Shown here piece after piece: positions 53,222-63,629 of a stretch of DNA of 64,000 nt. The position numbers and the translations under genes were made by a program. Each line of letters starts with the position of its first letter. Positions within the stretch are counted from its first letter, which is position 1. Origin of the DNA: Gammaproteobacteria bacterium (GTDB taxonomy: Bacteria > Pseudomonadota > Gammaproteobacteria > Ga0077536). Under the pieces are notes generated by a model. That model had not been told where the DNA came from. It saw only the letters and a list, made by a program, of their open reading frames with translations, and ran no database searches. The stretch lies in assembly GCA_963662545.2 (NCBI GenBank), contig CAXXLL010000003.1, forward strand, positions 2,910,395 to 2,974,394, given 5' to 3'.

Positions 53222-54385
53222 TCATAAGCCCCGCAACTGCGCGTCGATGGCCGCACCGATGTGCTCCTGGGCCTCGTGAACCGCCGCGCCGGCATGACGG
53301 ATGTAGCGGTCCGCCATCGCCGTGGTCTTGTGCCCGAGCAGGTCGCGCAGCACATGGGTGCCGACCCCAGCGCGCGCTGCACTCGTCATGACCGTGCGGC
53401 GCAGGTCGTGCAGGCACACGTCCCGCAGGCCGGCCTCGCGCGTCAGGGTTGCGAAGGCGGCGTGGACCGTCTGATACGAGATGGCCGTGTCGCGCCCAGT
53501 GGTGAACACATAGCCGTTGATGCGCGGCAGGTCCGCAAGCAGTTCCAGCGCCGCCGCGGGCAGGCCGTGCACGCGCCGCCCAGTCTTCGTGTGGGGCAGC
53601 ATCACGGCTTTGTGTTCAGTGTCTAAGTGCTCCCAGCGCATCGCCAGCACCTCGCCAATGCGCAGACCCGTCAGGGCCGCCAACCGGATCGCCGCCACGG
53701 CCGCGGGCTTGTCCTTCTCCGCGCGTGCCAGCGCCGCACCGAGTGCCGTCATCTCCGACGGCGTGAGCACCCGGTCGCGTGCTTCCTCACGCGCCCGCTC
53801 GATACCCCGGGTGGGGTTCGTGTGCTGCGGGCGCAACTCCCAATCTTCGAACAGCCGGAACAGCCGGCTCGTGAACGCCAGCACGCGGTTGCGCTGTACC
53901 GGGGCGGCCGTCGCGAGCGGCGCCACCATGCGCTCGATGTCGTGGCGCGTGATGTCGGCGATCCGCTGCCGGCCGAGGGCAGGCTGCAGATGACGGGCGG
54001 CTTGTCGGCGATAGCCGTCCACCGTGCCCTGAGCCATGCGGCCCGCTGCCAGCCGCGTCGGCACATATTCGGCGAAGAACCGCTCCAATCCCTCGTTCAC
54101 CGTGGGTGACGCACGCGCCTCGCGCCGCCGCGTCAGCAGATCGCTCTCGCCGGCGCGGATCCGCACCCGCTCGGCACCGGCGCGCTTGCGAACTTCCTCC
54201 AGGGATATCTCGGCCGTTCGCGCCAGCACCACACGATGACGGCGGCCGTTGATTCGATAGTCGAGCACATAGGCTTTGGTGCCCTTCGGCGTGATGCGGA
54301 CGCCTAAGCCCTTCACCTGCTGGTCCCACAGGATGCGGGTCTTAGTCTCGGGTCGGGCATTCCGGATCTTAAGTTCGCTCAGCAT
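53222..54385 (-). CDS. Tyrosine recombinase/integrase with arm-binding domain
   Basis: WDQQVKGLGVRIT..YRING; TGLRIGE, HDLRRT, LLGH..RY; ATG at 54385 with AGGAGG. Confidence 0.92.
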   Translation of the reverse strand: MLSELKIRNARPETKTRILWDQQVKGLGVRITPKGTKAYVLDYRINGRRHRVVLARTAEISLEEVRKRAGAERVRIRAGESDLLTRRREARASPTVNEGLERFFAEYVPTRLAAGRMAQGTVDGYRRQAARHLQPALGRQRIADITRHDIERMVAPLATAAPVQRNRVLAFTSRLFRLFEDWELRPQHTNPTRGIERAREEARDRVLTPSEMTALGAALARAEKDKPAAVAAIRLAALTGLRIGEVLAMRWEHLDTEHKAVMLPHTKTGRRVHGLPAAALELLADLPRINGYVFTTGRDTAISYQTVHAAFATLTREAGLRDVCLHDLRRTVMTSAARAGVGTHVLRDLLGHKTTAMADRYIRHAGAAVHEAQEHIGAAIDAQLRGL

Positions 54386-54517
54386 GGCGTCCTCCTGGTT
54401 GAGGGGTGACACCGTCTATTTACATCACCACTATGTCACCCCAGCGCCAAGATACCCGTCGAACGCCCTTGATGCAAGTGGAGGCAAATAGATTTAATCT
54501 ATCTAATAATTAACCGG

Positions 54518-55027
54518 TTATTGAACCAGATGGATTGAGATAGATGACGGGAAATGTTTATATAACTGATTCTCAATCTTCTCGAGATCTTCACTTGAAA
54601 GACGTTCGGTCGCAAGTTCGAACAGCTCGGTGTCGGTGGGCGTCATATGCTCTCGATGCAGCGCAACATAGGCTGTGGCTTCTTTCAAAAGGCGGTCCCG
54701 CGGGATCATGTGCCCGGAACAGGCACCGTCTAACAACGCGTAGACTTCATCGACCAGAAGAGAATGACGATCGTGCCTGCGTTTCATTTCCCCAACCTGG
54801 GGTTTCAAGTCGTCTTCGAGTTCGGCCAGATATTCGAACAACGTGTCGACAAACGGGTAGTGGATCGCGGTGGGATAGTGGCAAAAATACCGTGCGATTT
54901 CCCGCAGCAGGTGATAGTCCGGATCGCGTGCGGGATCACGCAGTATGTCCAGTTGTTCATCGAGCAAGTCGATCATCCGCGCGATATAGGCGCGTTCGAG
55001 CGCAATCGTGTCGAGAATATTAGCCAA
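54518..55027 (-). CDS. Hemerythrin-like domain protein
   Basis: HYPTAIHYPF..RRHD..LHREHM pattern; TTG start with AGGAGG. Confidence 0.65.
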   Translation of the reverse strand: MANILDTIALERAYIARMIDLLDEQLDILRDPARDPDYHLLREIARYFCHYPTAIHYPFVDTLFEYLAELEDDLKPQVGEMKRRHDRHSLLVDEVYALLDGACSGHMIPRDRLLKEATAYVALHREHMTPTDTELFELATERLSSEDLEKIENQLYKHFPSSISIHLVQ

Positions 55028-55276
55028 GTTGCACCTCCTAGGCCTTCCGATTAGTGAGCGATGTCCACCAGCCTCCACAGCCTTCCCTCAAGTATAGTCA
55101 ATCCGGCCGGTAGCTTAACTTGTTGATTTATCGGGCCGGTTCTGAGGTCTCGTTGAAATAACCCAACTGTCGAATCGCTAATGCTGCGCTGGGAGCGTCT
55201 GCGGCTTTTCTCCCGCGCTATCGACGGAGACCACTCACCTACCGAACCCATTGGACGACGGAGTCTCCTTGCATTC

Positions 55277-55867
55277 TCACGCTATCTTCAAGCCCAGTTC
55301 GACAAGATGATCCTCCAGGAAATCGACGCGATCGTTGCCCCAGAAGATCTGGTCGCCCACCACGAAACTCGGCACGCCGATGACGCCGAGCGATAAGGCT
55401 TCGGCCCAGTTGTCCTGTAGCCGCAGCTCATAATCGCGCGAGTCAATGGCGGCCTTGACCCGCTTGGTATCCAGACCGATCGCGCCAGCGACTTTTTCGA
55501 GAACCTCGACTTGACCGATGTCCTGCCCTTCGGCCCACTCCGCCCACATAACCGTGACCACGTAGTCTTCGAGCTTGCCGGCGTCTTCGGCGGCGAAGGA
55601 GACGAGTCCGGCGGGGGTCGGATCCGTCGTGATCGGCGGTGGTGTGAAGGGGATGTCGAGGTGCTTGCACCAGCGCGCGACGTCCTGGCGTGTGAGCGGC
55701 ACCTTGACCTTGGCGCGCTCCGGTGCCGAGCGTCCGTCCCAGCCTCCCAGTGATCGCCATTCGATCTCGATATCATAGGCTCGAAGCCGCTCGAACAGAG
55801 AACGAGAGGCGAGATAGCAGTAAGGGCTGCGGAAGTTGAAGAAGACCTTGAGTTGGGTGCGGTTCAT
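55277..55867 (-). CDS. 2-hydroxychromene-2-carboxylate isomerase / DsbA family
   Basis: FNFRSPYCYL..GVPSFVVGDQIFWGNDR. Confidence 0.85.
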   Translation of the reverse strand: MNRTQLKVFFNFRSPYCYLASRSLFERLRAYDIEIEWRSLGGWDGRSAPERAKVKVPLTRQDVARWCKHLDIPFTPPPITTDPTPAGLVSFAAEDAGKLEDYVVTVMWAEWAEGQDIGQVEVLEKVAGAIGLDTKRVKAAIDSRDYELRLQDNWAEALSLGVIGVPSFVVGDQIFWGNDRVDFLEDHLVELGLKIA

Positions 55868-56161
55868 TGTGGTATGGCCTTTCGATTTCGTGTGATCTTG
55901 TAGCGCTATTTTATATTCGATAATCCCGATGATAGGGCGTCTTAATTGGGGCGCAGGAAACATTCGCCGGCCAGCACGACAGGATTCGTGATTGCCGGGC
56001 GCGCCTTGGACCACGCATCGTCGGTTTCGGGGCGTCGCGGATATACTGGCGCCTACGTGAAGCGGAAACTGGGGGACGCGGGTGGAACGCGACTATTCTG
56101 CATGGCTACGGCGGGCTCCAAGGGCTCGCGCTCGAAAGCGAATGCTCGAAGTGGTGACTCG

Positions 56162-57796
56162 ATGAAGCGGGCAGGGGCTTTAACGAAGGCGCAGACCACC
56201 GGTGGCCGCCTGGTCGTCGACGCCCTGCTAATGCACGACGTCGACACGTTATTCTGTGTCCCCGGTGAAAGCTATCTGCCGGTACTCGATGCGCTGTACG
56301 ACGAGACGGATCGCGTGCGCCTCGTCTCCTGCCGCCACGAAAGCGGCGCGGCCATGATGGCCGCCGCGCAAGCGCAGCTCACAGGGAGGCCCGGCGCGTG
56401 TTTCGTTACGCGGGGACCCGGCGCGACGAATGCTTCGATCGCCTTGCATATCGCGCGTCAGGCGTCGATACCAATGGTGCTCGGCGTCGGTCAGGTGGCA
56501 CGCGGCGATCTCGGCCGCGATGCCTTTCAGGAAATCGATTTCGAAGCGTTCTTCACACCGCTGGTGAAGCACGTGGAGCAGGTCAACCGTGCGGAAGCCA
56601 TTCCGGGTGCGTTTGCCCGCGCTTTTCACCAGGCGCAGAGCGGCCGACCCGGTCCAGTCGTGCTCGTGTTTCCGGAAGACGTCCTCGGCGAGGAGGTCGC
56701 AGCGGCGACCGAAATGCCGCAACCCTTGGTGCGCCATGGACTCACCCAAACGGAACTCCACGATATAGAAAACCGTTTGAACGGCGCCGAGCGGCCCCTC
56801 ATCATCCTTGGCGGCGGCGCCGTCGACGACGCCGTCATTCAGAAAATCGAACGATTTGCGCGCCGCAATGCGTTGCCCGTCTGTGTGTCTTTTCGCCGCC
56901 AGGATCATTTCGACAACACGCATCCGTCGTACGTCGGCTATCTTGGTCTCAGTACGCATGCCGATCTGTGGGACTTTGCCGAACAGTCCGATTGCTTGCT
57001 CGTACTGGGCGCCCGTCTCGACGCACCGACGACGCGCGGCTATACCGCATTCAGGAACGGCATATCCCGAGTGCTCATACAGATCTATCCAAACCGCGCC
57101 GAACTCGGGCTCAACTACGATACCGATTTGAGCCTGTGCGCCGATGTCGCGGCCGCCGCCGCAGCGCTTAGCTCGATCGAACTCGATGACAGGGAAAACC
57201 GTAAAGCCTGGTGTAAACGCCTGCGCGCGGCATACGTGACCGCGTCGAAGCCGCCTTCGAATGATGCGCGGCTCGATCCTGGCCGGGTCATGTCGAGCCT
57301 CAACGCGCGCCTGCCGGACGATGCTATCGTCACGCTCGACGCGGGAAATTTCACGCTGTGGCCGCAACGCTACCGCGAGTATCGCCGTCCGGGCCGTCTG
57401 CTCGCGCCGATCAACGGCGCGATGGGCTATGGGGTGCCGGCGGCCATTGGCGCGTCGCTGGCATTTCCCGGCCGCAGGGTGGTGGGTTTCGTCGGCGACG
57501 GCGGTATGCTGATGACGGGGATGGAACTTGCGACGGCCGCCAAATACGGTGCGACGCCGCTTCTGCTCGTATTTAATAACAGTAAATACGGCACGATCGA
57601 AGCGCATCAGGACCGCTGCTATCCCGGGCGGCGCATCGGCAACGATCTTGTGAATCCCGATTTCGCGGCGTTCGCGCAATCTTTCGGCCTTTTCGGCGCG
57701 CGGGTCGAGGCCAATGATGGTTTCGACGATACTCTGGATAAGGCGATGGCGGCGGGGACCGCGGCGGTGATCGAACTCGTGCTCGAGCAGGAATAG
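56162..57796 (+). CDS. Thiamine-diphosphate enzyme (acetolactate synthase-like)
   Basis: VPGESY, RHESGA, TRGPGATN, GDGG..NN ThDP motif. Confidence 0.9.
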   Translation: MKRAGALTKAQTTGGRLVVDALLMHDVDTLFCVPGESYLPVLDALYDETDRVRLVSCRHESGAAMMAAAQAQLTGRPGACFVTRGPGATNASIALHIARQASIPMVLGVGQVARGDLGRDAFQEIDFEAFFTPLVKHVEQVNRAEAIPGAFARAFHQAQSGRPGPVVLVFPEDVLGEEVAAATEMPQPLVRHGLTQTELHDIENRLNGAERPLIILGGGAVDDAVIQKIERFARRNALPVCVSFRRQDHFDNTHPSYVGYLGLSTHADLWDFAEQSDCLLVLGARLDAPTTRGYTAFRNGISRVLIQIYPNRAELGLNYDTDLSLCADVAAAAAALSSIELDDRENRKAWCKRLRAAYVTASKPPSNDARLDPGRVMSSLNARLPDDAIVTLDAGNFTLWPQRYREYRRPGRLLAPINGAMGYGVPAAIGASLAFPGRRVVGFVGDGGMLMTGMELATAAKYGATPLLLVFNNSKYGTIEAHQDRCYPGRRIGNDLVNPDFAAFAQSFGLFGARVEANDGFDDTLDKAMAAGTAAVIELVLEQE

Positions 57797-57896
57797 GTTC
57801 TAGTCTTCGAGCGGCTCCGATCGATTGCGAACAGAATAGTTCGCCAATTGCACGAGGGCGGTCGCGGCCCTTAAAAAGTTGTTGAATAAGCAGGTG

Positions 57897-58295
57897 ATGA
57901 AAAAAATGATCGAAACGCTGAGTTCCGCCAACCTTCCGGCGCCCCGTTTCCGCTACAGTCCACTGGTCAAGGCAGGGCCGAATTATCAGACCGCGGGCAT
58001 GATCGCGCTCGACAAGACCTCGGGCCAGCTCGAACCCGGCGGCGCGGGGCCACAGACCGTCAAGATCCTGGAGAACCTTGTAGCCGCTCTACCGGATTTT
58101 GGTCTGTCCTTGGACGATATGGTGTCGGCGCGTATTTTCACCACTGAATTCGACAACTTCCCGGCGATCAACGCGGCGTGGGATTCTGTGTTCACGGCCG
58201 AAGGCCACCTGCCGACGAGAACGGCGGTGGGCGTGACCGCATTACCGCTCCACGCCGCGGTGGAAATGGAATTCACCTTCTACAAGGAAAGCTGA
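57897..58295 (+). CDS. RidA/YjgF family protein
   Basis: FRYSP..PTRTAVGVTALPLHAAVEME; start uncertain. Confidence 0.85.
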   Translation: MKKMIETLSSANLPAPRFRYSPLVKAGPNYQTAGMIALDKTSGQLEPGGAGPQTVKILENLVAALPDFGLSLDDMVSARIFTTEFDNFPAINAAWDSVFTAEGHLPTRTAVGVTALPLHAAVEMEFTFYKES

Positions 58296-58482
58296 ACGCT
58301 GCGACGCTTACTCCGTCGCTCGTGACATCAGCAACACGAAAGCGATCGTTGGTGCCGCGCCGCAAAAGACGAGAATTGAACGATCCGTCGTTCCTCAACT
58401 GCCGTGGCTCTTAATCTGCTCGAATCGGCGGAATTCGCCGGCGAACCGACGTTTCGCCGCGATTCAGTAGTGGAGAAATACG

Positions 58483-59736
58483 TTAGCCAAGGATTGTTTT
58501 CAGCACGAAGTAGAAGACCACGGCGAGGAAAGCACCGGCCGGGAGCGTGACGATCCACGAAATGAAGATCGTGCGCACGATCCGGAGGTTGATCGCAGCG
58601 ATTCCCCGCGCGAACCCCACCCCGAGAACGGCACCGACGAGCGTATGCGTAGTTGAGATGGGCAGGCCGATACTGGAAGCGAGCACCACGGTACTGGCTG
58701 CGCCGAGTTCGACGGCGAACCCATGGCTCGGGGTGAGCGCGGTTATTCCCGAACCTATGGTTGCCATCACCTTCTGTCCGAACATGGCGAGACCGGCCAC
58801 GATTCCGACCGCTCCGATCAATAAAATCCACAACGGGAGACCAGATTGCTGGGCGACGTCACCGCCGCTTTGGACCACGCCCACGATGGCCGCGACCGGA
58901 CCGATAGCATTGGCGACGTCGTTGGATCCGTGCGCGAACGCCATCGCGCACGCGGTGGTCATCATCAGCACCGCGAACACCTTCTCCACATTCGCAAAGT
59001 GAAACTCGCGGTCGGCGGCGGGATCAAGGTGAATGCGACCTACTATAAGCGCGCCAATCCCCATGGCGAGCAGTCCGAAAAGCGCGGCTAGGCCGTAACT
59101 CGCTCCGGTCGAAATGGACAGGCCGACGTGTTTGAACCCTTTGAGCAGGGTCACCAACGCAATGATGAACCCGACCAGGAAGATATAAAAGGGCACGTAT
59201 CGCTTGGCGTTGCGAAACGGGTCGTCGGTATCCAGTATCAAATGCCGCACGGTCGCGAATAACGCAAGGGAAATCGTGCCCGCCAGGATTGGCGACACCA
59301 CCCAGCTCATGACGATGTACCCCACCTTCCCCCACTCGACCGCCTCGACGCCGATAGCGGCGATCGCGAAGCCCACGATGGCGCCGACGATGGAGTGGGT
59401 TGTCGACACGGGCCAGCCGAAATAGGACGCAACCAGAAGCCAGGTCCCGGCGGCGAGAAGCGAGGCGAGCATGCCGTAGACGAGCAGATCGGGGGTCCCC
59501 GACAATAGTCCCACGTCGATGATCCCCTTGCGGATGGTGGCCGTGACCTCGCCGCCGGCCAGCACCGCGCCGCTAAACTCGAACACCGCCGCGATGATAA
59601 CCGCCTGTCTGACGGTCAGGGCGCCCGCGCCAACGGAGGTTCCCATGGCATTGGCGACGTCGTTGGCCCCAATACCAAAGGCCATGAACAGGCCGAACAG
59701 ACCCGCCAACACGAGATAGAGGATCTCGTGTTCCAC
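58483..59736 (-). CDS. pit: Inorganic phosphate transporter, PiT family
   Basis: GANDVANAMGT, PVSTTH, GSNDVAN, PISTTH. Confidence 0.93.
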   Translation of the reverse strand: MEHEILYLVLAGLFGLFMAFGIGANDVANAMGTSVGAGALTVRQAVIIAAVFEFSGAVLAGGEVTATIRKGIIDVGLLSGTPDLLVYGMLASLLAAGTWLLVASYFGWPVSTTHSIVGAIVGFAIAAIGVEAVEWGKVGYIVMSWVVSPILAGTISLALFATVRHLILDTDDPFRNAKRYVPFYIFLVGFIIALVTLLKGFKHVGLSISTGASYGLAALFGLLAMGIGALIVGRIHLDPAADREFHFANVEKVFAVLMMTTACAMAFAHGSNDVANAIGPVAAIVGVVQSGGDVAQQSGLPLWILLIGAVGIVAGLAMFGQKVMATIGSGITALTPSHGFAVELGAASTVVLASSIGLPISTTHTLVGAVLGVGFARGIAAINLRIVRTIFISWIVTLPAGAFLAVVFYFVLKTILG

Positions 59737-59743
59737 TTACGGA

Positions 59744-60424
59744 CTATTTGGCGAGCATTAGTTGCAGGCGACTGCCGACGCGCTGCGCGCGGTCCCCGAG
59801 GTCACCTGTCCAATCGATGAGTCGGTAGAGGAACATCACATCGATGGGGGGGAGATTGCGTTCTATCGCGAACAGGGCTGTGCGAATTTCGACCTGTATC
59901 ACGTCGGTATCCTTTTCGATCCGGTCCAGCTCGGTAATCAGTGCCTGTACGAGCGTTACCTCCGAACCTCTGAAACCGGTTTCCACCAGTTCATCGAGCT
60001 CGTTGATGGCTTTTTGCGCCTGCGTGCAGGCGTCGATACTCCGCTTCACGAAATCCAGGTACCGCGGTCCGAACTCGTCGGGCAGCGACATCTTGCGACC
60101 GCGAATCAGACCCGCGATGTCCTTGGCGCAATTGGCGATCTTATCCTGCATCGTGAGCACTTCCAGGAGGTCCCGCCGCTCAACGGGGAGAAACAGTGTG
60201 CGCGGCAGATTCAGTCTCAGATCGCGCTTAAGATCGTCCGCCTCGTTCTCGAGCTTCGCGATCTTCTCTTGCGCCGCGTCGATGCCATTTTCGTCGCGAG
60301 CGATCACGGCCTCGAACAGTGGCAACAGCTCTTGTGCGCATTCAATCACTTTCGCCATGTGTCGCTGAAGCGGGCGGACCGGTGAGGTACCGAACAGCTT
60401 GAGGATCGGGTTGTAACGAGCCAT
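59744..60424 (-). CDS. DUF47 / TIGR00153 phosphate-transport regulator
   Basis: LENEADDLKR..MQDKIAN..IEKDTD; upstream of pit. Confidence 0.88.
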   Translation of the reverse strand: MARYNPILKLFGTSPVRPLQRHMAKVIECAQELLPLFEAVIARDENGIDAAQEKIAKLENEADDLKRDLRLNLPRTLFLPVERRDLLEVLTMQDKIANCAKDIAGLIRGRKMSLPDEFGPRYLDFVKRSIDACTQAQKAINELDELVETGFRGSEVTLVQALITELDRIEKDTDVIQVEIRTALFAIERNLPPIDVMFLYRLIDWTGDLGDRAQRVGSRLQLMLAK

Positions 60425-60723
60425 AACGGGATTCTTTCCAGTAGTTGTCTAGTCGTTGCGATCTGAACGGATGTCCACCCTAGCGATGGTGGGGTATCAG
60501 CAAAAGGACGCCAGCGCACCCTGGTATCCGGTCCGCTTCAGCGAAAATACGCACCCTTTTCGAAGTCTGCAGATCTATGTATTTCGGTCCTGAGAGTATA
60601 GCAATGCAAGGATCTCGATAGCCACCCAGCCCGCCTATTGGATGAAGACCAAGTGCCGGCGTGCATGGACCAACCGGTGTCGGCGAAATATCGTAAGCTG
60701 AATGTCGACGCCCTGGCAGCCGA

Positions 60724-62226
60724 ATGAACGGCATAATTCGGCGTCCCCAACCTGAGGAAAATACGGTGAGTCTCGATTACCCGCCTGGCGAATTGCGCGT
60801 GCTGCTCAAGCAAGCTGCCGAGATTGCGGCCAAGTTATATGACGACGTCAATACCAGACCACCGTTCCATACGAGGTCCCCTTCCGCTGTCCGGCGAACG
60901 TTCGACGAACCGCTGCCGCGGCACAAGGCCGATATGGAACAGCTGCTCAAGCGAGTTGCGGCGGATGTCTATGGTGCAGCGACCCTGAATGTAAGCCCGC
61001 ATTTCTTCGCCTACGTATTGTCCGGCGGCACACACGCCGGCATCATCGCGGAGTTGCTGGGAGCGGCGCTGAACCAGACGGCAGCAAAGTGGCATCTGGG
61101 CGCGTCGGCCACCGAGATTGAACGGGTGGTGATCCGGTGGATAGCGGAATTCATCGGTTATCCAGCGGACGCGGGCGGCACGCTCGTCAGCGGCGGCAGT
61201 ATGGCCAACCTCACCGCACTCGCCGCGGCCCGCGCGCGTCGCGCGCCCTTCGACGTTCGCGTGAAGGGGGCGGCGGCCGGCCCGCCGTTGACCGTGTACG
61301 TCTCGGCGGCCGGACACTCTTGCCTGGACAAAGCGGTGGACATGCTGGGTCTGGGCACCGAGCAGTTGCGCAAGGTTCCGGTCGGCGAGGATGACACCAT
61401 CGACCTCGATTCACTGACCCGGATACTGACGGCGGATCGCGCCGCGGGAAAGCATCCGATCTGCGTCGTCGGCAACGGCGGCACGGTCAATTCGGGTGCG
61501 GTCGATTCCCTGGATGCGCTGGCCGATCTCTGCGAGCGCGAGGCCCTTTGGTTCCACGTAGATGCTGCCTATGGCGGACCGGCGGCGGCGACGCCGAGCG
61601 CGGGTCACCTTTTCCGAGGACTCGAGCGGGCCGATTCAGTGGCGCTCGACCCGCACAAATGGCTGTACGTCCCGCTGGACGTAGGCTGCATCCTCGTGCG
61701 TGAAGCCGAAGCACTCACGGCGACGTTCGGCGTGGACGCGCCCTACCTGCAACAACCCGGCGACGGCGAAGAACGCTTTGACCTGATGGATTCGACCTTC
61801 CAGTTGACCCGCAGCTTCCGTGCCCTGAAGACGTGGATGACGTTCAAGGCCTACGGCGCGGACGCCCTGCGCGATGCGATCGAAGACAATATTACCGTCA
61901 TGAAGTACCTTGCGAGCCTGATCGAGACGGCTGACGATTTCGAATTGATGGCGTCGCCGGGATTGTCGGTCGTGTGTTTTCGATACCGGCCGGACGGGGA
62001 TGAAGTCAGCGAGCAGTCACTCGATGAACTGAACCGGGAATTGCTTGCACGCACTGAAACAGACGCGCGAATCTTCGTCGCCGGAACCATGGTGCGGGGT
62101 CGTTTTGCTGTACGCGCTTGCTGCGTCAATCACCGCACCGAAGCGTGCCACGTGGAGCACCTCCTCGAGGTACTGCGCGAACTCGGAGAAACTGCGGTCA
62201 ATACGGCTAGATTTGCATTAAGATAG
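60724..62226 (+). CDS. PLP-dependent group II amino-acid decarboxylase
   Basis: SGGSMAN, HVDAAYGG, DPHKW; start may be GTG 60766. Confidence 0.9.
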   Translation: MNGIIRRPQPEENTVSLDYPPGELRVLLKQAAEIAAKLYDDVNTRPPFHTRSPSAVRRTFDEPLPRHKADMEQLLKRVAADVYGAATLNVSPHFFAYVLSGGTHAGIIAELLGAALNQTAAKWHLGASATEIERVVIRWIAEFIGYPADAGGTLVSGGSMANLTALAAARARRAPFDVRVKGAAAGPPLTVYVSAAGHSCLDKAVDMLGLGTEQLRKVPVGEDDTIDLDSLTRILTADRAAGKHPICVVGNGGTVNSGAVDSLDALADLCEREALWFHVDAAYGGPAAATPSAGHLFRGLERADSVALDPHKWLYVPLDVGCILVREAEALTATFGVDAPYLQQPGDGEERFDLMDSTFQLTRSFRALKTWMTFKAYGADALRDAIEDNITVMKYLASLIETADDFELMASPGLSVVCFRYRPDGDEVSEQSLDELNRELLARTETDARIFVAGTMVRGRFAVRACCVNHRTEACHVEHLLEVLRELGETAVNTARFALR

Positions 62227-62293
62227 GATGGATGTCGGCCTCCTGGAGGCCACGATGGCGTCCAGGCATCGACATGCTGGTTGGAGGTGCATC

Positions 62294-63601
62294 ATGCAGA
62301 AAATTTCACTGGCTTTAGTTTTCTTCTTCGTACTGACGTGTCTGGCGCCCGTGACCATTCTGGCCGATGCCTTCGAAGATTCTTTCTATCCGTATCGGGA
62401 CGGGGTGCCGACGTTTCCCGGGCTCGAACCGGGCATGGTGATCAACGAGACAAACGTCGATGAGTTCGAGGACGTCCTCGACAGCGCGATGTTCCGCTTT
62501 ATCAAGAAAGGATGGTACGACATCGACGTCATCGAGACCGTACCCTTTCCATTGCACCCGAATTACATCGAGGCGAGCCGCGCCAACATCGGCAATATCG
62601 GCTTTGACGAGCACGGCAGGCTGACCGGCTACACGGCGGGCCGCGCCTTTCCAGAGGAACCGAATCCAGACGACCCAGAAGCGGGCCTCAAGCTGGTGTG
62701 GAATTACCAGTATGGCTTCAACGCCGGCGACAGCGAGACCATTCATCCGTTCTGGTGGACCTATCGGAACATCAAGACAGGAAAATCCGAAAGAGTGCTG
62801 AAATTTGAATGGCATTTCATGAACTGGATGCACCGGGTGGTGTTCGACCCCAAACCGGCGTTCGGTACCAATACCGCTGGCATTTACCGTTCGGGTTACA
62901 GCCGCGTGCTGGCTCCGTTTGACCTGAAGAACACGCAGCTTCTGATCCACCGCTACAAGGACGACCTGCGGCGCGACGACGCCTGGCTTTATCTGGGATT
63001 TCAACGCCGCGTCCGTCGCCTGGCGACGGGCCAGCGGACCGACGCCTTTCTCGGCACCGACATCATGATCGAGGATTTCGAGGGTTATAACGGCCGCATC
63101 TCGGACTATAACTGGGAATACGGCGGCACCAGGAATTTGCTCGCGCCTTTTTACAAGCACAGCGAGATCGAACTCGAACCCGAGGCGCCCAACACGCCGG
63201 ACGGCTTCAAATTTGCGAAGAACAAGGGCGCTGGCAATTGCTTTCCGGACGTGCCCTGGCAGCTGCGTAAGATGCACGTTCTAATCGGCCGCCCGAAGGA
63301 CGACAACCATCCCTTGTCACATCGCGATATTTATCTCGATGCCGAAACGATGGTAATGCCCATGCTCCACATCTGGGATAAGAAAGGCCAGTTCTGGAAG
63401 TACCAGTACATCAGCAAGAGCCATTCGGACTTCCATCATCCGCTGAACAAGGGCGCCGGTGTGCCCGTGGAAACCATGGCGGGTCTCGTCGACGAGCAGT
63501 CAGAGCACTGCACCTCGCTGCAGTTTCGCAGCATCATCAATTCCGAGCAGAATCAGCCGCCGGTATTCTCGGTGCAAAACATGCGCAAACAAGGGAAATA
63601 A
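62294..63601 (+). CDS. DUF1329-family periplasmic protein
   Basis: Signal peptide; DDAWLY..QRRVRRL..DFEGYNG. Confidence 0.8.
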   Translation: MQKISLALVFFFVLTCLAPVTILADAFEDSFYPYRDGVPTFPGLEPGMVINETNVDEFEDVLDSAMFRFIKKGWYDIDVIETVPFPLHPNYIEASRANIGNIGFDEHGRLTGYTAGRAFPEEPNPDDPEAGLKLVWNYQYGFNAGDSETIHPFWWTYRNIKTGKSERVLKFEWHFMNWMHRVVFDPKPAFGTNTAGIYRSGYSRVLAPFDLKNTQLLIHRYKDDLRRDDAWLYLGFQRRVRRLATGQRTDAFLGTDIMIEDFEGYNGRISDYNWEYGGTRNLLAPFYKHSEIELEPEAPNTPDGFKFAKNKGAGNCFPDVPWQLRKMHVLIGRPKDDNHPLSHRDIYLDAETMVMPMLHIWDKKGQFWKYQYISKSHSDFHHPLNKGAGVPVETMAGLVDEQSEHCTSLQFRSIINSEQNQPPVFSVQNMRKQGK

Positions 63602-63629
63602 TAAATTCAAAAGCCGGCACGCTTCACCT

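Noticed and set aside
56249-57679. 476-aa minus-strand ORF (and 62315-63277)
   Set aside because: Antisense shadows of clear housekeeping genes
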